DNA of 62,981 nucleotides, the filler included, from Octopus bimaculoides (taxonomy: Eukaryota), in the NCBI RefSeq assembly GCF_001194135.2. It is 4 parts of 4 records of this genome, joined end to end, with 100 filler letters (N's around TTAATTAATTAA, not from the genome) between each part and the next. Parts side by side here need not be neighbours in the genome. Positions count along the whole stretch, not along the records: positions 38,532 to 53,512 come from NC_068981.1; positions 53,613 to 62,981 come from NC_068986.1; 2 more parts are not named here. One strand, written 5' to 3'. Positions 46,737 through 60,650 of this stretch are shown in pieces (position 1 is the stretch's first letter; every line of letters starts with the position of its first letter). Made by a program: the position numbers and the translations under genes. The notes under the pieces were generated by a model. It had not been told where the DNA came from. It ran no database searches and worked only from the letters and a program-made list of their open reading frames with translations.

Positions 46737-47950
46737 CCTAGGCTAGGCGAATGGCACCACGAGTGTCGCGTTGCTCTCAGGCAACTCTGCCGTCCGGGAG
46801 CAAACTTGTGCAACTTTAATTCCACAAAAGCGTTCTATAGAGGATTAGTGGAGGGGAGGTGCGACGACGATCTCAGGCAGAATCTGGGCGTCGACGAGGA
46901 ACACCTGATCCGCCTGTTCAGGATAACTTTCGGGCCGGACCCTATGGACAGTCACCAAAGATCCTTGGCCTGGCAGTGCTATCGAGAAGAATTACTCGTT
47001 CGGGATAAGCTCTACAGGCACGGTTCGAGACACACCGGACCGACNNNNNNNNNNNNNNNNNNNNNNNNNNNNNNNNNNNNNNNNNNNNNNNNNNNNNNNN
47101 NNNNNNNNNNNNNNNNNNNNNNNNNNNNNNNNNNNNNNNNNNNNNNNNNNNNNNNNNNNNNNNNNNNNNNNNNNNNNNNNNNNNNNNNNNNNNNNNNNNN
47201 NNNNNNNNNNNNNNNNNNNNNNNNNNNNNNNNNNNNNNNNNNNNNNNNNNNNNNNNNNNNNNNNNNNNNNNNNNNNNNNNNNNNNNNNNNNNNNNNNNNN
47301 NNNNNNNNNNNNNNNNNNNNNNNNNNNNNNNNNNNNNNNNNNNNNNNNNNNNNNNNNNNNNNNNNNNNNNNNNNNNNNNNNNNNNNNNNNNNNNNNNNNN
47401 NNNNNNNNNNNNNNNNNNNNNNNNNNNNNNNNNNNNNNNNNNNNNNNNNNNNNNNNNNNNNNNNNNNNNNNNNNNNNNNNNNNNNNNNNNNNNNNNNNNN
47501 NNNNNNNNNNNNNNNNNNNNNNNNNNNNNNNNNNNNNNNNNNNNNNNNNNNNNNNNNNNNNNNNNACCTCTTGAAAAGGAAGGTGAGAATGGAGAGACAG
47601 GTTTTGTATCGTGAAAGTTTCAAAAAAAGGTGGGTGAATGTAGCAAAGATGGTGCATGCGAGTGACGATACCTCTTTGAGCATGATCCTATAAATCGAGA
47701 AAAAAGATTTTAAAAAAGAGAGAGAAAGAGAGAGCACTTTGCTCTCATGTGTCTATTCCCTGGTGAGGTTACCGTGGTCTTTTCCGTAAGCTTTTCTCTC
47801 CATGGATAAACCTAATGTTACCTTTTTTACACCTTAAACATTTTCTGATACACGATCCCTTTTGATCGTTTTTCTTTTTCTAAAAGAAAAGCTGTACAAT
47901 TGTATTTGTCCCCTCTGTGTGCAACCCTGTGTGGCCAATAAAAGAAAGTC
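46737..47950 (+). mobile_element. 5'-truncated Tx1/L1-clade LINE (ORF2 C-terminus plus 3' UTR; internal gap), flanked by (ATCT)n on both sides
   Basis: RLGEWHHECRVALRQLCR..STKAFYRGLVEG..RSLAWQCYR..VRDKL.RHG, then KRKVRMER..F.KRW. 3' UTR ends in gtggccaataaaagaaag. (ATCT)n at 46677-46735 and 47951-48018. Confidence 0.8.
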
Positions 47951-48019
<69 letters not shown>

Positions 48020-49072
48020 AATACATACATACATGTAAGGGTATTTAGTCGCTCTTCTAAGCTGTTTTAACAGCTATTGTGTTCGAATATTCCTCTATTA
48101 TATGCAAAATACCAACTCACTCAATCGGCGCTCCATATTTTGTTTGATATATATATATATATATATATATANNNNNNNNNNNNNNNNNNNNNNNNNNNNN
48201 NNNNNNNNNNNNNNNNNNNNNNNNNNNNNNNNNNNNNNNNNNNNNNNNNNNNNNNNNNNNNNNNNNNNNNNNNNNNNNNNNNNNNNNNNNNNNNNNNNNN
48301 NNNNNNNNNNNNNNNNNNNNNNNNNNNNNNNNNNNNNNNNNNNNNNNNNNNNNNNNNNNNNNNNNNNNNNNNNNNNNNNNNNNNNNNNNNNNNNNNNNNN
48401 NNNNNNNNNNNNNNNNNNNNNNNNNNNNNNNNNNNNNNNNNNNNNNNNNNNNNNNNNNNNNNNNNNNNNNNNNNNNNNNNNNNNNNNNNNNNNNNNATAC
48501 ATACATATTTATATATATATGTATATATGCATTCAGTTATATATATATATAAATGTATGATGTATCTCTCTGTGTGTATATATATGTATATATATAAATG
48601 TATGTATATATATATTACGTTCAATTTTAAACTATAAACTGTTATCTTTCCAGTGTTCAGCTCTATTTTTATTTTTCGCTGTTCAAATATTTCGAATTTT
48701 TTCCCTCCCGTTCATTTGAATGAAAACTTTGCACAATATACGTTCATATATACATACAAACTTGCACACACATACACACACACACGCTCTCACAGAATAT
48801 ATGTGTCTGTGAGAGCGTGTTTCTTTGAGTGTGTATCTCTGCGTGTGTATGTGTTTATACGTGTATGCGAATGCGATATATTTCTTTCATATTCCCAATA
48901 TTATTTACTTTATATTTCAAGAATTCAGATCGTATATTCTGATTGCAAATATATGACTTCTGTGCATAACAATATCATAGAGATATATTGTTATGCATTC
49001 CACGGCCTGCTCACACAAACGCAATCGTACTTATATACAGACGCGTACCGAGATGTAAAAGCTCTTATAACA

Positions 49073-49110
<38 letters not shown>

Positions 49111-49140
49111 CAAAGAGAGAGAGAGAGAGAGAGAGGGGGG

Positions 49141-49393
49141 GCAGGAGTGGTTGTGTGGAAAGAAGCTAGCTTCCCAACCACATGGTCCCGGGTTCCATCT
49201 CACTGGGTGGCATGTGTTTCTTACAATAGCTTAGGGTCGACCAAAGCTTTGTGAGTGGATTTGGTTGACGGAAACTGAAAGATACATACATATATATATG
49301 TATGTATTGGTCTGTTTGTGTTTGTCTCCCGACCATCGCTTGACTGCCGATGTTGGTGTGTTTACGCTGCCGTAAATTAGTGGTTCGGCAAAA
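49141..49393 (+). mobile_element. SINE family B, partial
   Basis: gcaggagtggttgtgtgg..cccaaccacatggtcccggg..gtgagtggatttggttgacggaaactgaaaga. Confidence 0.75.
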
Positions 49394-49712
49394 GATTTAG
49401 CGCCTTCAGACTATCATCTCTTCGGTGACACGAAAGAGGGTTTGATAGGCAAACATTATTCCAGTGTCAAGGAAGCGAAAACTGTAGTGAAGAAGTGGCT
49501 CAAAGAACAGTCAACAGAACTTTACGGGGCAGGGATACGTGCTCTCATTCGAAGGTGGAACATTGCTCTTGAGAGAAACGGTGACTATGTTGAGAAGTAG
49601 GGATGTGATCCACAGAGGACCAGCTTCATTTTGATGTATGATATATGTTCCTGTGTTGATAATTATACCTGTCCTAAACAAATATGGCATTACTTTTTGA
49701 CTCACCCTCGTA
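49394..49712 (+). mobile_element. Mariner transposase C-terminal fragment with right TIR
   Basis: DLAPSDYHLFG..KEGL.GKHY..V....KKWL......Y..GI.ALI.RW...ERNGDYVEK*; ends ttactttttgactcaccctcg-TA. Confidence 0.85.
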
Positions 49713-49714
49713 TG

Positions 49715-49764
<50 letters not shown>

Positions 49765-50049
49765 CATATATATATATGTGTAAATGTGTGTCTATGTACG
49801 TGTATGTATACATGTATATGTATATATGCATGTGTGTGTGTGTGTGTGTATACATTTATATGTATATATATATGTGTGTGTATGTGTATATGTATATATA
49901 TGTGTGTGTATAGGACTGCACTATTGAAAAATGTGACTCCTATGGTATTGTCAGTCTTTGAGCGCATCGTTATTGAAGTAGACGATTTCTGTTCAGCCCT
50001 TATTCTTTTTGAAGACGAGAAAGTAAGCAGGTTTACGTAGGACAGATCA

Positions 50050-50600
50050 TATATTTACTCTAACACAGCGCATAGAATGAGCAAATGCATGCGAGCTTCC
50101 TCTGCGTATCGCTTTTGTTGATAACGGAAGAACCTTTTCTATCATTGAAATGAATGCGGATTTGAAATCCTTACAGATGCAAAATGTGGAGGTATAATAC
50201 ATCAAACTGCTCACAGTTGCGAACTCTGGATGCACAAGAGATATAGCTCTGCTAACACCACCAGTAAGGCTTGCAATTGGGAAGGGTGTCAAATAAATTC
50301 TTTATCGATTGTCTAGTGATAGTGATGAGAGACATTGACTGGACAAGAAGCGTTGAACATACACACCTAACACACCTCCAATTCGCTGATGACATTGTAC
50401 ACATCGGTGAAACCTCAGACCAGCTGTATACCATACTGACAGAGCTGGACACTGCAAATGAACGGCATGGAAACAAAATATATGCGGTCAGAAAACGTAG
50501 CACGAGGCCGAATAGCAGTGGGAGGAGACGAAATCGAGGCGATAAAGGAGCGCGTCTTCATACGGCACACAGTGAATAAGCACCGAGTTATGGATGCTGA
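50050..50600 (+). mobile_element. RTE-clade LINE RT fragment
   Basis: HLTHLQFADDIVHIGE...L..IL.EL....; preceded by degenerate DFKSAF-like and SP..F..CL..VMR..DW segments. Confidence 0.75.
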
Positions 50601-50719
50601 AATCTTGAAACGAATATATAATATTCTTCTAATCTTAGCTTTATTCGACTTCGTGCTACGTCCTCCGACTCCATATATTTTGTTTTTATGCGTTTCATTT
50701 TATGTAGCCAGGCTGTAGT

Positions 50720-50990
50720 TTCGCCGATGAGTAATGTCAACTGCGAATCGAAGACGCTTTAGTCGCTCGCCATTGATGTATACACCACCCGCTCACTCAA
50801 TGTCCTGGACCACTGAACTCTACACATTTTTTCCATTCTCTCTCTGTTTATTTCCTTTTATTTCTTTCTGTTGAAGAGCGTAGGCTCGAAACATAAAAGA
50901 CATTTTCATTTCTCCTGAGCGTCAAAGTAACACACTTGCTTCCTGTTCCTACATCTGTCTTCGTCTTTTGTTTTTGTTTTGTTTTTTAAA
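50720..50990 (+). mobile_element. Probable Penelope-like terminal repeat containing a hammerhead-like motif
   Basis: tctttCTGTTGAAgagc-gtag-gctcGAAAcataaaaga at 50863-50900; boundaries approximate. Confidence 0.4.
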
Positions 50991-51279
50991 TTTCAACTGT
51001 ATATTATACGCTCACAAGGTTACCCGTGTTTGATCCTGACTGAACCCTCTTATTTTTTGGACTTCCATATCTGAACAACTTCCCGAACTTTCAGCACTTC
51101 TCGTCCACATACCAGCATTCCACCCGGATTATCACTACTGGATCTACTGACTCTACCATCACGGATTTCACTGGTTTTTGCGTGGATATATATATATATA
51201 AACTTAGATGTTTCGACCAAAGATTGGTCCAAGCCATGTCTAACTTAATAGCACCACCTGATAGGATTTTTACAGTCAA

Positions 51280-51635
51280 GTTTTGTTTATGGTCCATTCA
51301 AGTAGTGAGTTCTTATTGAGTGGTTTGTATCCAGGTAGGGGTGGCTTGTCTGGTATTCCTCAAGAAATTTGTTCAGACTCCGTTTAAAGGTGATGGGATC
51401 CTTTTCCTCTTTTATCTGTTTCGGGACAATGTTAAACAGGGCAGAGCCTGTTGACGGAAAGAAATTATGCCGCAGTGTACCTATATGTTGTGATCCTGAA
51501 TTGGATAGGGGACGTATGGCCCGTGGTCCGAGCCTTGGATGAACCAGTTCGTTTGGGCAATGCTGGCGGTATATTCTCCACATCGTGCAAATGATGTACG
51601 GCTCGCGGCGGCGCTGGGGAGAGTAGAGCTTCAAT
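51280..51635 (-). mobile_element. CR1-group LINE 3' end
   Basis: HPRLGPRA..TLRHNFF..TG.ALFNIVPKQI...DP..FKRSLNKFLE, a typical CR1-like ORF2 C-terminus. Confidence 0.7.
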
Positions 51636-53231
51636 AAATAAAGCTATTAAAGAAGAAACAGGCTTAAGATATGTATATATGTATGTATATATATGTATAT
51701 ATATATATATATATATGTATGTATATATATANNNNNNNNNNNNNNNNNNNNNNNNNNNNNNNNNNNNNNNNNNNNNNNNNNNNNNNNNNNNNNNNNNNNN
51801 NNNNNNNNNNNNNNNNNNNNNNNNNNNNNNNNNNNNNNNNNNNNNNNNNNNNNNNNNNNNNNNNNNNNNNNNNNNNNNNNNNNNNNNNNNNNNNNNNNNN
51901 NNNNNNNNNNNNNNNNNNNNNNNNNNNNNNNNNNNNNNNNNNNNNNNNNNNNNNNNNNNNNNNNNNNNNNNNNNNNNNNNNNNNNNNNNNNNNNNNNNNN
52001 NNNNNNNNNNNNNNNNNNNNNNNNNNNNNNNNNNNNNNNNNNNNNNNNNNNNNNNNNNNNNNNNNNNNNNNNNNNNNNNNNNNNNNNNNNNNNNNNNNNN
52101 NNNNNNNNNNNNNNNNNNNNNNNNNNNNNNNNNNNNNNNNNNNNNNNNNNNNNNNNNNNNNNNNNNNNNNNNNNNNNNNNNNNNNNNNNNNNNNNNNNNN
52201 NNNNNNNNNNNNNNNNNNNNNNNNNNNNNNNNNNNNNNNNNNNNNNNNNNNATATATATATATATATATATAGATATATACACATACATATATATATACA
52301 TATATATACATACATATATACATATCTTAAGCCTGTTTCTTCTTTAATAGCTTTAGAAAGATCTTGATTCTTGAGATTATCTCCCTTTTTCAAGCAGAGC
52401 TGGTCATAAGTGCTATTTGCTAATTATCACAGATGTCATAGAAGCGGAAACATTTCTATTAACCAAGCAACCAACCAAGGAACCAAGCAAGCAACCAACC
52501 AAGGAACCAAGCAAGCAACCAAGCAACCAAGCAAGCAACCAACCAACCAACCAATCAACCAATCAACCAATCAACCAATCGACATTTGCTTTGATTATTT
52601 GCGTTGTTACCTTCTGATGAGGTGCGCAAAATTGACTGTTATGTCTAGCATGTCGGGTGATTGTGTGCGGGATCTTTCGTTTGGTGAGGAACAGGATTTT
52701 ATTTAACTGAGGTTTTTGTGAACACTGACTAATCATACCTATGTTGAGAGGCGCTCCAATCGTGACCAGTTCGTCTATCTAAACTTCGTACAACCACAAG
52801 TAAATTATGTAATACATCATTTTTAAAGATAGTGGGCTGTGATTGACTGGAATTCTGGTTGCGATTTCTAGCGGGTCATGCGACTTGATGGAGTATTCTC
52901 GTTGTTGGCGATGGTGGTGATGGCGGTGGTGCCATTATCTAAGTATGAACAGTGTATGTCTTTATGTTTACGATGGAGCCCTGCAGTCTGGTACGTGTGG
53001 TGGTTGTGGTGGCGGCGGAGGTGGTGATGGTGATGGAAGTGGCGGCGACAGCGGTGATGGCGGAGTCTTTAGTATTATGTGCGCACAAATACACACGCAT
53101 AAAGACAGACACAATTACCAACACACCCGCTCACTAATATACATATCTACGTACAGACATATACATATCTACGCATACACCAACATACATGATACATACA
53201 TACATACATACATACATACATACATACTTTT

Positions 53232-53264
<33 letters not shown>

Positions 53265-53612
53265 CAAGAATAAGGGCAGAGAATCGTCAATTAATAATAG
53301 AATTAATAATTAACAATTCTGCCAAGTAGTTCAGTATGAAAAAACCTTTATCGGTAAAACTATTTATCATTATAAATATACAGGGATTAGCAATTTAGTT
53401 GCTTCTCCAACATACTGAAAATTTAGAAATAGCAGTCAAAGAACTACTGATTCCAAACTACAAATTTTTCTCTAAAGTGGATGGCGATATTTATGGCACA
53501 CATAGAACAAAANNNNNNNNNNNNNNNNNNNNNNNNNNNNNNNNNNNNNNNNNNNNTTAATTAATTAANNNNNNNNNNNNNNNNNNNNNNNNNNNNNNNN
53601 NNNNNNNNNNNN

Positions 53613-53692
<80 letters not shown>

Positions 53693-54149
53693 ACACACAC
53701 ATATATCCCTGGACACTCATACAAGTATGTACATATATGTACATATATGTATAATCTTAAAAGAACCAATTCATTTATGTCTGGAACCTGTATGCAAATA
53801 CGCGACAACGTACACTCACACAGACACACAGACATTTAACAGATGAAAAGAAGAACACGAAAGTGTTAAATAACTTTATTAAAGTTTCGATTGTTTCACT
53901 ACCCAGTACAACTAAATTTATACAAATAAATATCTCTAATCATTTTTCTTTTCGACTAACTCAGCAGAATTACCTATTTCATGGATATTTACATTTTACA
54001 TTAAGGAGTACCCTTAAACTGGGCTGGCCTTTATAGAGGAAAAACTTAGAAACTTCTTAAAAAACGGAAAACCTCTCATTTCTTTACAGCCTGATTGTAA
54101 AGTAGTGAAATTTTTAGACGTATTACTGGCCCTAGACTCTATACTTTAT

Positions 54150-54600
54150 CGTTGTTATTGTCCGTAAATTTGGATACAAATGAGAAATTTTCTTTATGAC
54201 ATTAGATAAACATTTTCCCTCATCGAAAGATGTAGTAAGATATTCAAGAGTTATACTGTAAAATTTTCGTACTCTACTATTGGGTAATATAACGGATATT
54301 ATATTGTGTAATATAGCGCCTGTTAACAATAAGAAACTTAACGCTACAAGGAATAGCGAATGTATGTTTAATTATTCAGGCAGTTATTACCAACCTAGTT
54401 CTGCTACAAATAATACAAATCTAACAGGTACACAAAATAGTAATGGCAATAATACAATATATCCTATTAGTAAAAACTTCCACATTGATAAAAAAAAAAA
54501 AAAAGATGACTTATGACAACAAACGAAAAATGGTGTGCAATTTTAGAAACCATGATAAATGTCCTTTAGATAACCAACGTCTGAAGAATATTTCGTTTTT
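54150..54600 (+). mobile_element. Degraded Penelope-like element (RT C-terminus to GIY-YIG linker)
   Basis: Frameshifted LDKHFP, KIFKSYTVKFSYS, GNITDII and CNFRNHDKCPLDNQ.L.KNI, resembling the PLE LDKHFP..KIFNRNTVKVSYSC.PN..CNCR....CPL...CL..N motif series. Confidence 0.6.
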
Positions 54601-54650
54601 GGATTTGGTTTGCAAGATTCTTTATGTGAGTTCGTGTGTTGAAGCATATT

Positions 54651-54773
54651 CTGTTTGTGTCTGGGGAGAGTCATTCTTTTAGAAAAATAAGAAATAAATA
54701 AGTGGACATTTCACCGGTGAGTGTGTTAAATTATAAGGCACCAAAAGAGAATGACTCTCCCCAGACACAACAG
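54651..54773. repeat. Small inverted repeat (about 30-bp arms), MITE-like
   Basis: ctgtttgtgtctggggagagtcattctttt / aaaagagaatgactctccccagacacaacag. Confidence 0.8.
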
Positions 54774-57258
54774 AGTCTGAAGAATAGTTTAATGTATAAA
54801 TGCACATTTAAAACACCTAATAGAGTTCATTATTATATAGGAGCGAAGCTTTCCTAATTCAAGGCCTGATTACATAGCCATGTTCATTCTTTTAAATACA
54901 AAAGAAAAAACACAACACTTCGCTGGCTGAATTCATCTGAGACTTCAAAGAGAAGAATATGGTCCGCTCACTTTGATGGTCATTTATAGGTAGTGCACTT
55001 CTATGCAAAGGCAGAGGCAATATCCGTAATTTGTGATTATTAGATGCGATGCAATTCCTCAGTTGTAAGCCTATTTTAATTAAATGAGCATACCAAGTTA
55101 ATACATTGATCCCTATTATTTAATAAAACTTTAAAAATATTCCACATAAAAGATTCCAAATACCAATTTACTTTGACTCAAAACTAATATTAATGCTATG
55201 GATTCTCTAAACTCCATTTCAATTTATTTCTTGTGTAAACAACCCAAAACTCATTTTCTCAACTAATGTTTAATTTAATCCTTAACTATTGCATCTAATT
55301 TAATTTCAGTTTGATCGTATTAATCCGAAACTTATCTTCAGTTGATTACAGAGATGGGCACTAGTTTATTGTGTGTATACATTCTAACAACTCACTCGTT
55401 CATCATTTTAGTTCAATTCAAGTTCCCCTCACTATCATTATACCGCCTCTCCATTACCGACATTTATGTCATAGTAGTATAAAACTGCCATCCCATTTAC
55501 AAAATCTTCTTTCTCTCTATTCATCATACACATATACATGGAGCTTGATAAGCCCTTGACTTATCGGGGAGAGAGGCACAGGAAGATTTATACGAAATCA
55601 ATGAAAGTGATCAGAATTGTTCCTTATCGATATTGTGTATCAACTGAAATATCATGGTTGAGGTGGACACTTACTGTTTTATTCACAACACTAATATTCT
55701 GTAACCTAACATCCTCCAGTATATTTGTTGGAAATCGCAATATATACGTACCACAGTAACTTTAAAAGTTCTGATGAGATAGCAGGTGGGAACCTACCAT
55801 CTCATTAGGCCATTAATTAATTATTGTTTGGATTTATATAAATTTTATATGTACAAACCTGCGTGTAAATGGATGAATGATTTCACTGACTATGAAACTT
55901 ATGTAACACCATCATCTTCATTACTATTAAAAGCCTCTTCATCCGATGACAAGGAGCATATTCGTTTGTTTATGTTACCAACTATTTCCATAAATATAGA
56001 TGGCGGGTGATTGAAATGATTATTAAAGTAGAATAGCCTTTTATTAGGGTTACAATAAGATTCAAAGTTGATAGATTGTAGATGTAAATTGATATTTTAA
56101 AAAAATAACACATTTAATGTTTGTGTCAACAATTATCGTTTATCGATCAGAATACATGTTTCATAAACGTTTATTATATTATCGTATTTTACTTCATTTC
56201 TCGTTTTTTTAGAGAAATTATTTGGCTCGATTTGTTTTACATAATTCCATGTTCTTATTTCGAAATTTAATTTCGTCCGTTGTTAACCTTTTTCTTATTT
56301 TCTCTCCTCTTTTCTCTTCCCCTCTTCTCTGGCCTTTCCTCCTTTATCCTTTACTCCATCTGTCTGCCTGTCTGTCTCTGTCTGTCTGTCTGTCTCTGTC
56401 TGTCTGTCTGTCTGTCTGTCTGTTTCTCTCTCTCTCTCTCTCCCTCTCTCTCTCTCAGAATTGGCTTTGCTATCCGTGAAATGATTGTGCTGAACCATTC
56501 ATATCTTCCTATTCTCCAGAAAGAAAGAAACAGTGGTCGCGGGGATAATCATGCATTTTCATTGAAAATCTGATGAAACCGCCTAAGAACAAACTGGTGT
56601 TCAGTACAGCACAGAACGGAAATAAAGAAGTCACTCCCATGATCACCATGGCTGTTGAAGCGCAAAGAGTATAATTCAGATAGTATGAATTCGCTCAAAA
56701 TCCTACATGGAAATTGGCCGAATGCCTTCTGCTGCTATGATTGTTGTTTAGCCCTATGGTGTCCCTGATTTAACTGAACTATGATCATAGGCACTCTACC
56801 AACGGCCATCCGATTTTTTAAATATCTTTTCAGGCATGGTCTATCGTCTTTTCTGCGCATCAAGGATCTACGACTGCTGGGGGATTTTTTTTATCAGTGT
56901 TATGTTCTTAACATTGAATGAACATGATTTCCCCTTGCCTTCTTTTAGGTATTTTTTTTACATGACACTATATTGTCGGTTAGGCAGACTAAGCTCGATC
57001 CAAATATCACTACAATCTAGGCGTAAAGTGCTGGAACAGATAACGCAAAATATTTTGTTCAACGTTCTAACAGTTCCGCCAACTCCTCTGGATTGGTAGT
57101 TTAAAAGACTGAAAAACAATGTCATCCTCTGCAATATTTGAACTCAGATTCTCAAGATCCAGAATAAATACTTTTTGGCATATTACAAGACACTCCAACA
57201 ATACTGTCAAACATATAAGATAATAATAATTAGTATTTGTTCTTTTACACTTCTTTCC

Positions 57259-57578
57259 TTTACTCGTTTCAGTCACTTGACAGTGGCCATGCCGGAGCAC
57301 CGTCTTGAAGGGTCTTAGTCGAACAAGTCGACCCCAGGACTTATGTCTTTAAGCCTTGTACTTATTATATCGGTCACATTCACCGTAAATACACCAACAC
57401 TGGTTATCAAGCGGTGATCACCCTTACATACACACATATACATATATATACGACCGGGTTCTTTCAGTTTCCGTCTACCAAATCCACCCAAAAAGCCCGA
57501 GGCTATATTAGAAGGTAGTTGCTCAAGGTGCTGCACAGTCGGACTGAACCCGGAAGCATACGTTTGGAAAGCAGGCTT
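57259..57578 (-). mobile_element. SINE family B, near full length with internal deletions
   Basis: Reverse complement carries both the 5' (..cgggttcagtccgactgtgcagcaccttgagcaac) and 3' (..gcatggccactgtcaagtgactgaaac) family B segments. Confidence 0.8.
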
Positions 57579-60439
57579 AAGACTTATTCCAGGATATTAT
57601 TTTAGGGAAATTTCATAGATAATGCTATCAGAACAAAGGAGCTCTCGCTGGTTCACACCATAGCTGTTATTGTTATTCCTACCTGCCATTGCTGTCGCTG
57701 TTATTAAAGCTGTTACATTTTAGAGGGTATTTAAAACAAAAATACGCTGTTTAGACATTACAGCTTTACAGTTTCTTCTTCACTATGTCCTCCGCTCTAC
57801 CTACCGCTCTACAGCTAAGATCATTTTTATACAACTGTATTGATAACTGTATATGATAAATATTAAAATTTGGATTTATTTGAAATAATTGTTACAACTT
57901 TCGCTTTGTTACATTGGTAGATTTATAGGCAAAGAGAGAGAGAGAGACAAAAACAGAGAGAGTGGCAGAGAGAGAGAGAGAGAGAGAGAGAGAAAGTAAA
58001 AGAAAAAGAGAGGGAGAGAGAGAAACAAAGATAAAGAGAGATAGAGAGAAAGATGAATAGATAACTAAATGGACATATGAGTGTGAATATTTATGTATGC
58101 ATATATACTGATATATANNNNNNNNNNNNNNNNNNNNNNNNNNNNNNNNNNNNNNNNNNNNNNNNNNNNNNNNNNNNNNNNNNNNNNNNNNNNNNNNNNN
58201 NNNNNNNNNNNNNNNNNNNNNNNNNNNNNNNNNNNNNNNNNNNNNNNNNNNNNNNNNNNNNNNNNNNNNNNNNNNNNNNNNNNNNNNNNNNNNNNNNNNN
58301 NNNNNNNNNNNNNNNNNNNNNNNNNNNNNNNNNNNNNNNNNNNNNNNNNNNNNNNNNNNNNNNNNNNNNNNNNNNNNNNNNNNNNNNNNNNNNNNNNNNN
58401 NNNNNNNNNNNNNNNNNNNNNNNNNNNNNNNNNNNNNNNNNNNNNNNNNNNNNNNNNNNNNNNNNNNNNNNNNNNNNNNNNNNNNNNNNNNNNNNNNNNN
58501 NNNNNNNNNNNNNNNNNNNNNNNNNNNNNNNNNNNNNNNNNNNNNNNNNNNNNNNNNNNNNNNNNNNNNNNNNNNNNNNNNNNNNNNNNNNNNNNNNNNN
58601 NNNNNNNNNNNNNNNNNNNNNNNNNNNNNNNNNNNNNNNNNNNNNNNNNNNNNNNNNNNNNNTATGTATGTATGCATTTATACACACACATACACACACA
58701 CACATATATATATATATAACTCACACACACACGAACACACACACAAGCACATATACTTGAGATAAAGAGGGAGAGAGATAGGGAAAAGAAGAAAAAAAGA
58801 GAATGAAAGTTGATAGAATGAGATATGAATGGATGGTTTGATGGCTTGATGGTTAGATGGTTGGAATGATGCATGCTAGCGGGCATGCATGGACGGTTAT
58901 GATTTGCATAGCTATGTATCAAAACTACTTGTGTTCCTACGTGCATATATATACATAAGTCATAAGTATTTATCAAAGCACCTATAAAGATAGCTGCGAT
59001 TCGCCGTCATATCTACACGTACGTTCACCATTACTAAAGGCAGATAAATTCTTATAACTCTGCGACGATTATTATTATCATTAATACTATTATTGTTGTT
59101 GTTGTTGTTGCTGTTGATGATGATGATGTGGCGGCTGCTGCTGCTTCTGGTAGCTGCTGTTGTAGTTTAACATGAAATTGCACTTATAAACACTGAGATG
59201 AAAGGATGTCCTTTCAGCTAATATTCATGAAGACAAAGGACATTTAGACAGGACCATTCCACAGCCGGAAGTCAAGGCAGTGTGGGATATTGTGTTGGCA
59301 GCGGTGGCGGTGTTGCTGGTGGTGATGGTGGTAGTGGCGTTTGGCGTTGATATGTGGTGACAGGTCTCTCTTAAGTCTTCTCAATTTGGTACCGGCTCAC
59401 GTTACAAACGAAACTAAAATTTTCCAGTATCTAACTTAAACTGATTGCCTGACCAAGCAAGTAGGCTGGTATCCTGATNNNNNNNNNNNNNNNNNNNNNN
59501 NNNNNNNNNNNNATATATATATATATATATATATATATACCTGTGTGTGTAAAAGAAAAACATACATACACAAGTACACACACACACACACATTCGCATA
59601 TATATACACACACACATATGTATGTATATACGATATATATATGATTAAGCGGTGCTCCAGCATGGCCGTGGTCAAATGACCGAAACAAGTAAAAGAATAA
59701 AGGATAAAAGAATATACGTTATATATATGTGTGTGTGAGTGTGTGTGTATGTGTGTGTATACACACATATGTATGCATGTATATGTATATAGCTGTGTGT
59801 AAGTGTATACATAGATTTACATATAAGTGTGTATGGATGCGTCTACCAGTGTACGTGTGTATCCATGTGTAGAAAAGTAAACTATTAAATTCCCAACCCT
59901 CAAAAAAAAAAAATAAATAAGGACATTCTCGTCAGTAGATACAAGAAAATGCAGAGAAAGTTGTTACCTATAACTACAGGTTAATTACAAACTACCAACA
60001 TCCACTTCATATATGAATTTTTAGTCAGAAAAGAAGGTAGTGACAAAGAATCTATACAGGGCCTCCTAGTCCAGTGTGAGACTAAGGGAACAGACACAAA
60101 ACCGGAGATTTTTTCCGAATGCTTGCAATAAAGAAGGCTGTGCAAAAGGCACTCACGATACGAGATTGTAGTTTTAATGAAACGATGAGGCAAATCTATC
60201 ACTAGGTTATTTTATAACTATACCGCTTTCTTCTGTTTTAAAGATAGTTACTATGTGATTTAAAGAAACTTGGCTGCAATGTCTACCATATCAAATAACA
60301 GCTTAGAGACGGGTACTTAGGTTGGCTGATCTTTATCAAAGTTCTTGAAAGAGGTAAAATGGCAGCAACATTTCCATGCATTGAATCTTTGATATTTTTA
60401 GGGTTAGTAGCCTATTAAACGATCATTGTTTTATTACGA

Positions 60440-60650
60440 ATTATAAAACCGAAAACTTTGGTATTTGATTATTAGCTATATTCCAATCAACATTTAGATA
60501 TTCGTAGTTTTTCAAAGTCCAATACCTTCTATTGCACGGCGGCAGCACGTCTTGATTTCTTTGTCTGTGATCTGTAGCTAATAAATCTACAAAGAACGTG
60601 ATCCAGAATGGAAAATATGGCCGGTTAACCTGTGGCACACACAGCCTGCA
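60440..60650 (-). mobile_element. Possible Penelope-like GIY-YIG C-terminal remnant
   Basis: PPCNRRYWTLKNYEYLN loosely resembles C.LC..EK..I......LN; weak. Confidence 0.25.
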
